Source: Defluviitaleaceae bacterium (GTDB lineage Bacteria; Bacillota; Clostridia; Lachnospirales; WRAA01). Taken from it: a stretch of 59,524 nt of DNA. The position numbers and the translations under genes were made by a program. The notes under the pieces were generated by a model that was given only the letters and a program-made list of their open reading frames with translations, ran no database searches and was not told the origin of the DNA. Positions within the stretch are counted from its first letter, which is position 1. Each line of letters starts with the position of its first letter. Below are positions 46,809-57,405 of this stretch, one piece after another. Location of the stretch: positions 1 to 59,524 of the forward strand of contig WRAW01000004.1 in assembly GCA_009780015.1 (NCBI GenBank). The letters run 5' to 3'.

Positions 46809-47447
46809 CTACACCCCCATTTCCAAAATGCCGTCAGCCATTGCGTTCAGGAGGACAGCGCATGACACGGCTCCCGCATCCAGCACCCCGCGGGATCTCT
46901 CACCCAGCCTGCTGGATCGCCCATATTTTGCCACAAGCTCCTTTGTGGACTGACAACCCGCGTCCGCGGCGGCCTTCATTTGCTCTAAGGCGTCGGCCAG
47001 ACCCGCGCCTTCCGCCTCCGCCTTGCGCAAGGCGTCCATAGCGGGGGAGATGGTGTCTACCAATGTTTTGTCCCCAACCTTGGCGTCCACAATATCGCAC
47101 AATTCACGCAGCCCAGCGTCCAGCATAGCGGCTATTTCGGCCGTACCAATTTCCTCAAAGCGCCCGCCGGCTTCGCCCATGCCGGTAAACACCGCGCCGT
47201 AAATCGGCCCCATAGAGCCTCCGATCTCGCCAAGTAGCAACTCCCCCAGCGCCGAAAGCCCGACTGTGAAGGAAATGCCCCTTGCCGCAATGCGTTCACC
47301 GAACACGGTAAAACCCTTGTTCATGTTCATACCATGATCGCCGTCGCCAATCAGTCCGTCTATCTCACTTAAATATGCCTTGTTCTCTTGTATCGCCGCA
47401 ACCATGCGCAGCAGTACGGGTTTCCCCTTTGAGTTTTGAAATGCCAT
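46809..47447 (-). CDS. dhaL: Dihydroxyacetone kinase family L subunit
   Basis: DG.IGDGDHG.NM, GDKT.VD and GRSSRLGERS.GVLDAGA motifs. Confidence 0.9.
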   Translation of the reverse strand: MAFQNSKGKPVLLRMVAAIQENKAYLSEIDGLIGDGDHGMNMNKGFTVFGERIAARGISFTVGLSALGELLLGEIGGSMGPIYGAVFTGMGEAGGRFEEIGTAEIAAMLDAGLRELCDIVDAKVGDKTLVDTISPAMDALRKAEAEGAGLADALEQMKAAADAGCQSTKELVAKYGRSSRLGERSRGVLDAGAVSCAVLLNAMADGILEMGV

Positions 47448-47456
47448 CCGCCGCTC

Positions 47457-48452
47457 CTATTTCTGCTTCATGCCGACACTGCGGCAAGGCGTATCGATAA
47501 GTGTTTTCAGCTCGTCGTCAAGCTTCATAACCGTAAGCGTAACACCCATCATCTCCAATGACGTGAAATAATTTCCGACATAGCTGCGATGCACCCGGAT
47601 ACCCTGCCCCGAAAGCAGACGCTCGACCTCGTCATACAGCACATACAGCTCCATCACAGGCGTAGCGCCAAGCCCGGAGATAAGAACAACCACTTCATCC
47701 CCACTTACAAAGGGATAATCAGGGACGACTACGTCAACCATCCGCTTCGCCATATCGCCAGCTTTTTCAAGCTGACAGATTTCAATACCGGGCTCTCCGT
47801 GATGCCCTATACCGACTTCCATCGTACCCAGCTTGACCTCGAAGTTCGGGTGTCCCACAGCGGGCAATGTACATGGAGTCAGGCCAATACCCACGCTTCG
47901 GCAGTTGTCAATTGCCTTTTGCGCGGCGGCAATGACCTCGCCCAGCGGGGCGCCGCCCGCGGCTTTTGCGCCCCCCACCTTCCACATCAGGATTTCTCCC
48001 GCCACGCCGCGGCGGTTTTCCGGCTGATCTTTCGGGGCGGAGGGTACGTCGTCGTTGGCGACCACCGTTTTCACCTCGATGCCCTCTTTTGCAGCCATTT
48101 TAGCCGCCATTTTGACATTCATGTTGTCGCCGGAATAGTTGCCGTAAAGGCAGGCCACGCCCTTCCCCCGATCCGCCGCCCGGAAAGCGTCCAGGAACGC
48201 CGCTGCGGTCGGTGAGGAAAAAATCTCCCCAATCGCGACCGCGTCACATAGATTTTCGCCGACATATCCCACAAAGGCGGGTTCGTGTCCGCTGCCGCCG
48301 CCGGTTACAACGCCCACGCAGTCCGGCCGCATATGGGCGCTTTTGACGACACGGGAATTTTCGGTCAAGCTCAATATATCGCCGTGCACCTTAACCAGAC
48401 CTTGGACAAACTCATCCACAACAAAGTCCGGGTTATTCAATATTCTCTGCAT
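47457..48452 (-). CDS. dhaK: Dihydroxyacetone kinase family K subunit
   Basis: GGGSGHEP, NYSGD.MN, RRGVAG, GIGHHGEPG and TSLEM.G motifs. Confidence 0.92.
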   Translation of the reverse strand: MQRILNNPDFVVDEFVQGLVKVHGDILSLTENSRVVKSAHMRPDCVGVVTGGGSGHEPAFVGYVGENLCDAVAIGEIFSSPTAAAFLDAFRAADRGKGVACLYGNYSGDNMNVKMAAKMAAKEGIEVKTVVANDDVPSAPKDQPENRRGVAGEILMWKVGGAKAAGGAPLGEVIAAAQKAIDNCRSVGIGLTPCTLPAVGHPNFEVKLGTMEVGIGHHGEPGIEICQLEKAGDMAKRMVDVVVPDYPFVSGDEVVVLISGLGATPVMELYVLYDEVERLLSGQGIRVHRSYVGNYFTSLEMMGVTLTVMKLDDELKTLIDTPCRSVGMKQK

Positions 48453-48479
48453 AACACAACTCCTTAATTGCGGATTTTC

Positions 48480-49553
48480 TTAGAAGGTAATCGCTACCTT
48501 TATATCTCCATGCTTACCGCCGGCATAATCAAACGCTTCCTCCCATTTATCCAGCGGGAAGGACTTTGTGACCATACCGCTTGTTTTGAGGTTGCCGTTG
48601 GCAATGTTCTCAATAACAAAGGGGAAACAATACGGGGAAAGGTGAGCTCCAAGCACATCTAATTCCTTGCGGTCGCCAATTATAGACCAATCCACGGTAG
48701 TGGCCTCGGAAAACACGGAAAACTCTACATAGCGGCCCAGTTTACGGATCATGGTCAGACCCGTCACAACCGCCGGAGGATATCCCGTAGCGTTAATGTA
48801 CACATCACATCCGTATCCGCCGGTAAGCTCCTTCACCCTTGCTATTACATCTTCCTTGCCGGGGTTCATTACGATGTCCGCCCCAAACTCTTTCGCTTTT
48901 TCAAGACGCGATTCAATCATGTCAAGCACAATCAGCTTGGCTGGGTTTCTCATATGAGCGTATGTAATCATACCCAGACCCAACGTGCCCGAACCTGCTA
49001 TGACCACTACGTCGTCAGACTGTATATTGGCGCGGTCTACCGCGTGTTTGGCGCAGCCATAAGGCTCTATCATAAGCGCCGCGCCCATGGGAAGGTCTTT
49101 AGGCACTTTGTGTATGACCGAATATTTGGGATAGCGTACATATTCCGCCATTCCGCCGTTGTTGGCCGCTTGGAATCCGAATATGCCGTGAGGTTCACAC
49201 ATCCAATACTTTCCTGTTGTGCAAAAACGACATTCCCCGCACGGCGCGATCTGGTCCGCGGTAACTCTATCGCCAATGGCAACGCCTTTTATATTTTCGC
49301 CGACAGCCGCTACAATTCCATAGAATTCATGCCCGGGTATAAACGGCGGCTTGACCCAGGACGGCTGTACATCATCCCCCCAAAACATGGCCGCTTCGCC
49401 CTTGCACTTCAAGTCTCCGGCGCAAATGCCGCAAGCTTCGGTTTTGATTATGACATCGTCCGGGCCGCAGGTTGGCGTGGGATAATTTTCCTCCAGGCGA
49501 TATTCGCCTTTTCCGTACGACACAAGAGCCTTCATTGTTTTTGGAACGCTCAT
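48480..49553 (-). CDS. Zn-dependent polyol dehydrogenase (erythritol/L-threitol dehydrogenase EltD-like)
   Basis: CGICAGDLKC, FWGD, PGHEF, CGECRFC, G.GTLGLGM and DWSIIGDRKELDV.G.HL motifs. Confidence 0.85.
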   Translation of the reverse strand: MSVPKTMKALVSYGKGEYRLEENYPTPTCGPDDVIIKTEACGICAGDLKCKGEAAMFWGDDVQPSWVKPPFIPGHEFYGIVAAVGENIKGVAIGDRVTADQIAPCGECRFCTTGKYWMCEPHGIFGFQAANNGGMAEYVRYPKYSVIHKVPKDLPMGAALMIEPYGCAKHAVDRANIQSDDVVVIAGSGTLGLGMITYAHMRNPAKLIVLDMIESRLEKAKEFGADIVMNPGKEDVIARVKELTGGYGCDVYINATGYPPAVVTGLTMIRKLGRYVEFSVFSEATTVDWSIIGDRKELDVLGAHLSPYCFPFVIENIANGNLKTSGMVTKSFPLDKWEEAFDYAGGKHGDIKVAITF

Positions 49554-49600
49554 TTACATTCACAACCTTTCTATAAAGTTATATTCAGTCGATGGATACA

Positions 49601-50734
49601 TTAATTCGCCCTGATTCGCTTTCCGGTCTCTGGGTCAAACAAGTGGGTTCTTTCAGCGTAAAATTCAAGCTGAACCTCCTGCCCTCGTTCGTACACCACA
49701 TTATCTGTTGTAATCATGTTCATCAGCGAATCTCCGACACGGACGCTGATCCGTCGTTCATCGCCCAAATTTTCGTAAATGGCAATCGGGATATAACTTC
49801 CCGCTGTTGTTTGCTTTGCGACCATTACGTCCATGGGCCGCACGCCAAGAGTTACTTTCTTGCCGCTTTCCAATATGCCAAGGTAACGCTTAGGCACTTC
49901 CACACGCAGCGGACTGTTTTCAAATGTGAAGAAAAGCGTCCCTTCTTCCTTCTGAATGACCGACGGCAGCAGATTCATGGGCGGTTCGCCTATAAACCCC
50001 GCCACAAACTCGTTTTCAGGGTTGTCGTAAACTTCCATAGGCGTTCCCATTTGCTGCAGCTCGCCGTCCTTCATAATCAGGATACGGTCAGCCAGCGACA
50101 TAGCCTCCATTTGGTCATGGGTCACAATAATTGTCGTACACTTTATTTCGTGGTGCATACGCTTAATTTCGTGGCGCATACCCTGGCGCATCTTACCGTC
50201 CAAATGGCTGAGCGGCTCGTCAAGCAGCAAGAGCTTGGGTCTGCGGACAATTGCCCGGGCAATATTGACGCGTTGTTTCTGGCCGCCGGAAAGGGAGGGC
50301 GGTTTTTGATCCAAGAGATCATCCACTTTGAGCAAGGGCGCGACATAATCGATAGCCTTTTGAATTTCCTCGTTCGACATTTTCTTGGCGCGCATGTTAA
50401 ACGCCAGGTTGTCATAAACCGTCAAAGGAGGATAGAGGGCATAATCTTCAAAAGCCAGGCCAATGTTGCGATCCTTGGGCAGCAGGTTGTTGATACGGGT
50501 TTCGCCGATATAAATATCTCCGTCGGTAACGGTCTCAAGACCCGCCAACATGCGCAAAGTCGTGGTTTTACCACAGCCTGACGGCCCAAGGATTCCGATA
50601 AATTCACCGTCATTGCAGGAAAAGGACAGGTTCTTTACGGCGAAATCGAGCTTCTGTGCCTTTTTCTTCCTAAACCAGCTTTTCTCAGTATTTTCATATT
50701 GCTTGTAAACATTGCGTAATACGAGTTCCGCCAT
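49601..50734 (-). CDS. Sugar ABC transporter ATP-binding protein
   Basis: GPSGCGKTT, LSGGQKQR and LLDEPLS motifs. Confidence 0.95.
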   Translation of the reverse strand: MAELVLRNVYKQYENTEKSWFRKKKAQKLDFAVKNLSFSCNDGEFIGILGPSGCGKTTTLRMLAGLETVTDGDIYIGETRINNLLPKDRNIGLAFEDYALYPPLTVYDNLAFNMRAKKMSNEEIQKAIDYVAPLLKVDDLLDQKPPSLSGGQKQRVNIARAIVRRPKLLLLDEPLSHLDGKMRQGMRHEIKRMHHEIKCTTIIVTHDQMEAMSLADRILIMKDGELQQMGTPMEVYDNPENEFVAGFIGEPPMNLLPSVIQKEEGTLFFTFENSPLRVEVPKRYLGILESGKKVTLGVRPMDVMVAKQTTAGSYIPIAIYENLGDERRISVRVGDSLMNMITTDNVVYERGQEVQLEFYAERTHLFDPETGKRIRAN

Positions 50735-50737
50735 ATC

Positions 50738-51892
50738 CTAGCCCTCCTCCTTTGTCCCCGGCGCGTCACTTACGTGCTGCGCCGCGTTGCTGCGGACAAT
50801 ATATGTACCCTTTTCGGCACAAAAGAATATGGCATGCTGCATATTCAACGATAAAAACACCGGCTGATCGATCTTAGCACGGGTGTCGTTCGGCACTACC
50901 AGGGACAAACGAACGCCGCCCACGTCAGCTACAAGGATAACCTTATTTCCGATAGGTTCATTGACGTACACGCTTCCCCGTAGCCATCCCGGCACTTCAT
51001 CAAAAGAAAAGCTGATGTCGTTACCGCGAATTCCTACCCGCACTTTCCGATGCTCGCCGCCACGCAAAACCTTGGCTGCGTCGGGCGCAACCGGCAGAAG
51101 AGCCGCCTGTCCAAACGCCCGCACCGCAAGCTCACCGCTCCGCTCGGTCAATTCGCCGTCAAAAATGTTGATTTCCGGCTCACCAAACAGCCTTGCGACA
51201 AATTCATTATTGGGCGTGTAATACATCTCCATCGGAGTCCCCAATTGTTCAATTTTCCCAAGGTTAAGCACGGCAATGCGATCCGCCAGCGACATAGCCT
51301 CCATATAATCATGGGTAACGTAGATTGTCGTGGTATCAAAGGAGCTCTGCATCTCTTTAAGTTCCCCGCGCATATGGTGACGGAGCTTTGCGTCCAGGTG
51401 CGCCAGCGGTTCGTCCATCAGGAACGCGTTTGGCTCCCTGACAAGACACCGGCCAATAGCGACGCGCTGTCTCTGCCCGTTGGACAACTGACTGGGGCGG
51501 CGCTCCCAAAGATGGTCTATCTGCATCATCTTGGTAACACGTTCCACCTGCCGGCGAATATGCGCTTCATCCTTTTTGTAAAGCTTACTGCGCATAGGCG
51601 ACGCGATGTTGTCATACACGGTCATATGCGGATAAAGCGCATAGCTTTCAAAAACCATGGATATGTTGCGGTGCATGGGTTCCTTGTGGTTCACAATTTC
51701 CCCATCAATTTTGACCAGTCCCTTTTGTGGGAATTCCACACCGGCAATGGTTTTAAGCAGGGTCGTTTTACCGGCGCCGGCCGGGCCGAACAGCACAAAA
51801 AACTCGTTGTCCTTCACTTCCAGACTCACATCATCCAGAGCGTTTATTTTTCCAAACGCTTTTGTAATATTCTCTAAAGCAATACTTGCCAA
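50738..51892 (-). CDS. Sugar ABC transporter ATP-binding protein
   Basis: GPAGAGKTT, LSNGQRQR and LMDEPLA motifs. Confidence 0.95.
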   Translation of the reverse strand: MASIALENITKAFGKINALDDVSLEVKDNEFFVLFGPAGAGKTTLLKTIAGVEFPQKGLVKIDGEIVNHKEPMHRNISMVFESYALYPHMTVYDNIASPMRSKLYKKDEAHIRRQVERVTKMMQIDHLWERRPSQLSNGQRQRVAIGRCLVREPNAFLMDEPLAHLDAKLRHHMRGELKEMQSSFDTTTIYVTHDYMEAMSLADRIAVLNLGKIEQLGTPMEMYYTPNNEFVARLFGEPEINIFDGELTERSGELAVRAFGQAALLPVAPDAAKVLRGGEHRKVRVGIRGNDISFSFDEVPGWLRGSVYVNEPIGNKVILVADVGGVRLSLVVPNDTRAKIDQPVFLSLNMQHAIFFCAEKGTYIVRSNAAQHVSDAPGTKEEG

Positions 51893-51904
51893 ATGACTGC
51901 CCCC

Positions 51905-52789
51905 TTACCCTTTTACAGCGCCGAAGCTAAGCCCGCGCACAAGATGTTTCTGGATGAACAAACAGGCAATAAGCTGCGGCGTGATAGCCACCAGCGCCGC
52001 TACGGCAACCTGCCCGAAGCGCACCGTATCCGACGCGATATAGCGCATAGAGGTAACGGTAATCGTCTGTACCTGGAATCCGGTAAGTACCAGCGGGAAT
52101 GTAAAGCTGTTCCACGCGAAAATAAACGCAAGCAGGCACGCCGCCACCAAACCGGGCTTAATTAAGGGAATCAATATCTTTATAAATACTTCAAACCATC
52201 TGTAGCCGTCTAACTGGGCGGCCTGTTCGACCTCCACGCTGATATCCTCGAAATATCCGCGCACAACCCAGATAACCAGCGGCATGGTAATAAGCTGATA
52301 TACCCAGATCAAGCCAAGATATGTGTCTAAAAGTCCAATATTCTGAAAGATCAAGAATATCGGCACAACGACCATGATCTCAGGGGCAAATCTAAACGAC
52401 AGAATCTGGAAAGCCACCCCTTCCTTGTGCTTGAAGTTATACCGGGCAAGAGCATAGGCCACGGGAACGCCGGCAACAACCGTGACCAGCACCGCGCCGC
52501 CGGATACTATCAGGTTTTGGAAAAACGCCATAAAGTAGTCGGTTCTCAACAGCACCGCTTCGTAGTTTTCCAAGGTCGGAGTAAATATGAACAGGGTGTT
52601 GAACATTTCCCGATCCGACTTGAATGAGATGAGAACCATCCAAAACAGCGGAAACAGCGCGAACAGCGAATACAAACCCAGACCCAGGCTTCTGCCGAAA
52701 GTCTGAAGCGCGGTAACGGCCCTCTTGTTTTTCTGCGTATCCACCAGGGTTTCCGTGTTGCTGTATGTATTACCAGTAGGTGCACTCAT
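51905..52789 (-). CDS. Sugar ABC transporter permease (MalG-like)
   Basis: EAA-like loop EVEQAAQLDG; FIFAWN. Confidence 0.93.
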   Translation of the reverse strand: MSAPTGNTYSNTETLVDTQKNKRAVTALQTFGRSLGLGLYSLFALFPLFWMVLISFKSDREMFNTLFIFTPTLENYEAVLLRTDYFMAFFQNLIVSGGAVLVTVVAGVPVAYALARYNFKHKEGVAFQILSFRFAPEIMVVVPIFLIFQNIGLLDTYLGLIWVYQLITMPLVIWVVRGYFEDISVEVEQAAQLDGYRWFEVFIKILIPLIKPGLVAACLLAFIFAWNSFTFPLVLTGFQVQTITVTSMRYIASDTVRFGQVAVAALVAITPQLIACLFIQKHLVRGLSFGAVKG

Positions 52790-52804
52790 AGAACCGCCTC
52801 CTTA

Positions 52805-53740
52805 TCAATAGCCTTGAGCTTCCTTGGCGGCCTTGCGCTGACGTTTCACCAAGAACTGCGCCGCTATATTTACGATTACCCACAGCGTCAGCAGATACGG
52901 AAGCGATTCTCCCAAGCGCTGAAACCGAAAACCAATTTCATATCCCGTCATTGACAGATTCATAAGTGTTCTGCCGGGGCCGCCCCTTGTAAGCGCGAAG
53001 ATAATACCGAACTCTTGGAGGGCCACCATAAGACGGAACAGCAAGGCAATGTACAGGTACGGTTTTAACATGGGAAGAGTCAAGGTCTTGAAAATAAACC
53101 AGGGGCTTGCCCCGTCAACCTGAGCCGCCTCGAACGGAGATTTAGGAAGGGATTGCAGCCCCGCCAGCACCAAGAGCATTATAAACGGAGTGTAAACCCA
53201 GGTATCGATCAGCACGGCGGTAAACATGGCCGTATGATGACCGGCGGCCCACGGGAAATTGTATACGCCGAACGCCCTGAGAATCGGCTCCAGGATACCA
53301 ACCGAGTTGGACGTCATAAGCTGCCAGATAAGCACGGCAATGGCCGGAGCGACCATCAGCGGAAAAATAAGCGCAACTTTCAATATCCGAGTGATGGGCG
53401 AATCCTTTCTTAGCATCATCGCCACAAGCGTTCCCAGTATCATCTGGGTAGTCACAGCGAAAAACGCATATCTCAGCGTTACGCTCAAAGCGTGAAAGAA
53501 GTCCGGGTTCTGAAATGCTCGTATCCAGTTGCGCAATCCCACAAACTCCCATGTCGGCATACGAAATGAGAAGTTTGTAAAGGACAGAAAAATCGCCGTA
53601 GCAAATGGAATCAAAATACCAATCAGGACAAGAAGCCCAGGCGCGATGATTAAATATGGCCTCAGCCGTACGCTTCTTGGAATTTCATTATAATTAATCC
53701 CCCCGGGATGTTTCTCCGTCTTTTTTGTCATAGAAGCCAT
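52805..53740 (-). CDS. Sugar ABC transporter permease (MalF-like)
   Basis: FVGLRN, LAGLQSLP..PFEAAQVDGA and TRGGPG motifs; AAGGAG RBS before 53740. Confidence 0.93.
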   Translation of the reverse strand: MASMTKKTEKHPGGINYNEIPRSVRLRPYLIIAPGLLVLIGILIPFATAIFLSFTNFSFRMPTWEFVGLRNWIRAFQNPDFFHALSVTLRYAFFAVTTQMILGTLVAMMLRKDSPITRILKVALIFPLMVAPAIAVLIWQLMTSNSVGILEPILRAFGVYNFPWAAGHHTAMFTAVLIDTWVYTPFIMLLVLAGLQSLPKSPFEAAQVDGASPWFIFKTLTLPMLKPYLYIALLFRLMVALQEFGIIFALTRGGPGRTLMNLSMTGYEIGFRFQRLGESLPYLLTLWVIVNIAAQFLVKRQRKAAKEAQGY

Positions 53741-53760
53741 AATAAAAGCTCTCCTTAATA

Positions 53761-54025
53761 GACCTCTTCCGAAACCTGCTTTCGTCGTATAGTGAAACAA
53801 CTTGAAAAGTGAACCAATATTTTCTGGAAGCATCGGCCTACTGCCGCCGACGTTCCACAAAATATTGGTCTGATATTGAAGTTGTTTCACTATATTTGCG
53901 AGCGTTTTTTCGCCTGGCTAGGCGCGCCCGACGACGCACACCCTATAGTGTTTGCTAGGAGCGCGCAACAACGCCAGGCGGAAAATAAGCCGCAAAGACG
54001 GCGGAATGAGGTTTCGGAAGAGGTC
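53761..54025. mobile_element. Type-C palindromic element containing a nested type-E element
   Basis: TA|GACCTCTTCCGAAACC ... GGTTTCGGAAGAGGTC|TA. Confidence 0.85.
53788..53894. mobile_element. Type-E element nested at TA
   Basis: TATAGTGAAACAACTT ... AAGTTGTTTCACTATA. Confidence 0.85.
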
Positions 54026-54129
54026 TAGTATTGCGGCGGAACGCCGGGCAACAGTGTTTGACCGCCGTACTTTTGCACAGCGGCCAAACCGTATTTTCAA
54101 TTATCGGAACCAATAGACCTCTTCGGAAA

Positions 54130-55638
54130 TTAGTTAGGTATTACTACGTCCTGAACAATTCTGTTCTGTGTGGCGGCAAGTTGATCCAACCCTTCTTGCA
54201 CGCTGGAAAACTGTCCCGCTACGATATCTTGCAAGGTTGCCGCCCATTCCGTGGTGGTTTCAAAGAAGTAAGGCTGAGGCGTAAACAGAATGGTCGTGCT
54301 GTCGATTGTGGCTTCAAACGCTTCCATGTATCCGGGGTGGTCTTCCATCCTGACAAGGAAGGCCGGATGATTCCACACGGAGTAACGGGACGGGTTCATG
54401 GAATTCATTACCGTGGAGGCATGAAGAGCAAACTCCGCGCCTGTAAAATACTTTATGAACAGCCAAGCCGCATCCTTATTCTGGGAATAATTGTTCATAG
54501 CGATAGACCATGTCCAGTAATTGGAGTACGGCGTGTCTCCCACATTGCGAACCGGCAGAGTCGTCCAGGCGATGTTTCCGGCTTCCTGGGAAGCTCCGGG
54601 CCAGTTCTGGTGGATGCCGGTCTGATCCGCGTCAAACAGTATGGCCGCCATTCCGGCTCCCAGGTCGGCGCCGGCTTCATACCAGCTATATCTTGCCCAG
54701 TCCGGCGCGCCGCCGCGGTGAACCAGCTCAACGAACCACTCCGTCATTTCAACGGCTGCGGGGGAATTAACCTGGGAAACAAGCCTTCCGTCCTCAATGA
54801 TAAAATCTACAGCGCCGAAGTTTGCGAACGAGCTCATGAAACCGGGATGAATAGTACCCCAGTCACGGGCGCCGCGCAGCGCGATGCCGTAAGAACCCGG
54901 GCCGTTCCAGCCCTGCAGCCGCTCCGATACATAGAGGAGTTCGTCAAATGTACGCGGTACTTCCAGATTGTTTTCCTCAAAGGCACGCACGTTAAAGGCA
55001 AGTGAGTAAAGCTCCCATTGCATAGGCAGTCCCAACTGGGCGCCCGTTCCCACCGGGTTGCCGGGAATGCCGTTCCAGCGCAGGGCGTCGCGGGCGCTGC
55101 CGATAAGGTCTTCAAAGTCGTAATCCGAGGTCATGTTGTCGGGGTTTGTCAGGAATACGTTCAGGTCTTGCACAAAGCCGGCTCTGGAATAATCCCACAA
55201 CTGATAGGCTCCGGCCATAAATACGTCGGGCTCACCCGAGCGGCTGGACAGCGCGGGAACCAACTGGTCGAAATAGCTGAGTTCCGGCGTGACGGAAAAC
55301 TCTACGCTGATGCCTGTTAACGCTTCAAACTCTGGTATTTGAGACACAAGAGCGTCGGAAACGCCGTGCTGCACCAAGCTGACGCGCAAAGTGGTTCCTT
55401 CATGGGCTCTCCAATCAAACTCACTCGAGGGCAGAGCCGCCGACTGCGCCGCAAGGACGTCCGCCAGGGTTACGTCTGTCAGATTAGCCGACGCGCCTCC
55501 TCCGTTTCCTCCGATGTTGCCAACGACCGCCGCCTCCTGCTGGGCGGGAGCGCAGCTAACCAGAAGAGCTAATACCAACATAATAGAAATCGAACCTGTA
55601 AAGATTTTAATTTTTTTGATGGTTTTGCCAAACATCAT
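54130..55638 (-). CDS. Sugar ABC transporter substrate-binding lipoprotein
   Basis: Lipobox LVSC; FEALTGI.V, VPRTFDEL and KDAAWLFIKY motifs. Confidence 0.92.
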   Translation of the reverse strand: MMFGKTIKKIKIFTGSISIMLVLALLVSCAPAQQEAAVVGNIGGNGGGASANLTDVTLADVLAAQSAALPSSEFDWRAHEGTTLRVSLVQHGVSDALVSQIPEFEALTGISVEFSVTPELSYFDQLVPALSSRSGEPDVFMAGAYQLWDYSRAGFVQDLNVFLTNPDNMTSDYDFEDLIGSARDALRWNGIPGNPVGTGAQLGLPMQWELYSLAFNVRAFEENNLEVPRTFDELLYVSERLQGWNGPGSYGIALRGARDWGTIHPGFMSSFANFGAVDFIIEDGRLVSQVNSPAAVEMTEWFVELVHRGGAPDWARYSWYEAGADLGAGMAAILFDADQTGIHQNWPGASQEAGNIAWTTLPVRNVGDTPYSNYWTWSIAMNNYSQNKDAAWLFIKYFTGAEFALHASTVMNSMNPSRYSVWNHPAFLVRMEDHPGYMEAFEATIDSTTILFTPQPYFFETTTEWAATLQDIVAGQFSSVQEGLDQLAATQNRIVQDVVIPN

Positions 55639-55799
55639 GCTTTCCTCCATTTCAGTTTTAGTATATATGTATACTACTTATGTATGATACAATATGAGTA
55701 AATTATTTGAAATGCATAATTCTTCGATTTCATACAATATCTTTATAATTTCTTTACAACAAACTTGAAAAACACAAAATTTTTATGGTTTTTAAAAAA

Positions 55800-57377
55800 T
55801 TATTCAGCTTGAGCCGCAGAAAGGGTATGCTTTTCCCTATATTCTTTGCAAGTTATTCCCTTTTGCTCCTTGAACACCTTGCTAAAGTAATACGGACTGG
55901 GAAACCCTACCTTTTCCGCTATCTCATATATTTTCATATTGGTGTCCAGCAGTAGCGCTTCCGATTTGGCAATGCGAATTTGTGTTAGGTATTGCACAAA
56001 GCTTATGCCCATTTCCTGCTTAAAAGCCATAGAAAGATAGCTGGGGGTAATGTTCGCGGCTTTCGCCGCGTCTTCCAGCGTAATAGACTTTTCATAGTGC
56101 TTGGATATGTAGTGAAGGCATTTCGCAATAGTAGGGCTGTGATAATTGCCCCGGTTGCTCATTACATCAAAAATTGTGGCGTAAAACTCAATGATATAAT
56201 GGCATACACGATCCAGCGAATGCATCTTTGACAAAACCGCGTAGTCAAACTTGTCTTGGCTTAACCCGGCGGTTTGGCGGAGAGACGCTTCCTCGCAGAC
56301 CGATTTAGCGCATGATATGAAATCCACAAAAACACTTTGGAGCGCCGCGTAAGAGTGAAGCTCCCTTAATTCGGAAAATATCTGGTGTATGTACGCGGTG
56401 AGCGACTGACGCTCCCCCCGGTATAAAAGCCGCTTAATCTTGCTATGGCTTACGTTAATACGATCTGTCCCGCAAGGTACGGTAATATCTCGGAAAAAGG
56501 TAACGCTCCGTTCCGAAAAAAAACCGTCGCTTCGCGCCGCCTCCGCCTGTGACAAAAGAATTGGAAGCAGAGGGGCGCTAAGAAATTCGCTAACCCCCAT
56601 GCGGATCGAAACATCAAGATAGTTTTTGCTGTTGCGCACGATCAAGGCGCACTGTTCGGCCAGCCGCTCCATTGTTGTGCATGAAACCGAACCGATCACC
56701 GACAAGTACACCGCGCCCTGATACATAGAGGTACAGTAGGTCGCGTCCGGCAGGGTCAGCGATGATATAACGATGGACTGTAAGGTTTGCATAGGTTTAT
56801 CCATCGGTTCGACATCATCGGCCTGCATGTTCATGATACAACCGCACTTTATCGCGACATATTCGGAATGTGTGAACAGGCCCGCCGGCGGTGCTTCCAG
56901 CCTGTCGGCGGAAATTGACTCATTGGGAGGGAACCCGAATAGCTGTCCCTGCAGATATTGATGACGCGCCTCCCACATTATGTCCGTTCGTTTTGGCTTA
57001 CTGCTCAAATCAATACTGATATTGCGCAAAACTTCGACCAGGCTTGCTTCACTCAGCTCCGATTTCAGCAGATAGTGTGTGACACCCAGCGACATAGCCT
57101 TGCGCGCAAAACCAAATTCATCGTAATTTGTCAGAATTACCAGCACGATATCCTTTTTCTGCTTTCTGATTTCTTCCAGCAGCGTAATTCCGTCCATGAC
57201 CTGCATTTTAATATCGGTTATCAAAATATCCGGCTGTATCTCGTCAATCAGCGCTAAAGCCTCTTGCCCGTTGTGGGTTTCAGCGACAATTTGATAACCA
57301 TAAACATTCCAGTTGATGATAGATTTCAAACCCAATCGAACCAGATATTCATCGTCTACAATTAGGACACGTTTCAC
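55800..57377 (-). CDS. YesN-like response regulator (REC plus AraC HTH)
   Basis: LIVDDE, ITDIKM and IYEIAEKVGF.SPYYFSKVFK motifs. Confidence 0.93.
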   Translation of the reverse strand: MKRVLIVDDEYLVRLGLKSIINWNVYGYQIVAETHNGQEALALIDEIQPDILITDIKMQVMDGITLLEEIRKQKKDIVLVILTNYDEFGFARKAMSLGVTHYLLKSELSEASLVEVLRNISIDLSSKPKRTDIMWEARHQYLQGQLFGFPPNESISADRLEAPPAGLFTHSEYVAIKCGCIMNMQADDVEPMDKPMQTLQSIVISSLTLPDATYCTSMYQGAVYLSVIGSVSCTTMERLAEQCALIVRNSKNYLDVSIRMGVSEFLSAPLLPILLSQAEAARSDGFFSERSVTFFRDITVPCGTDRINVSHSKIKRLLYRGERQSLTAYIHQIFSELRELHSYAALQSVFVDFISCAKSVCEEASLRQTAGLSQDKFDYAVLSKMHSLDRVCHYIIEFYATIFDVMSNRGNYHSPTIAKCLHYISKHYEKSITLEDAAKAANITPSYLSMAFKQEMGISFVQYLTQIRIAKSEALLLDTNMKIYEIAEKVGFPSPYYFSKVFKEQKGITCKEYREKHTLSAAQAE

Positions 57378-57405
57378 GGCGGCAAATCCTCCCCTGCACT
57401 ATTAT

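Noticed and set aside
53741-53890. RPE-style in-frame insertion creating an N-terminal extension of the permease (also 629-670)
   Set aside because: Good RBS and ATG signals lie downstream of the elements. The only intragenic insertion seen (21282) is out of frame and contains a stop.
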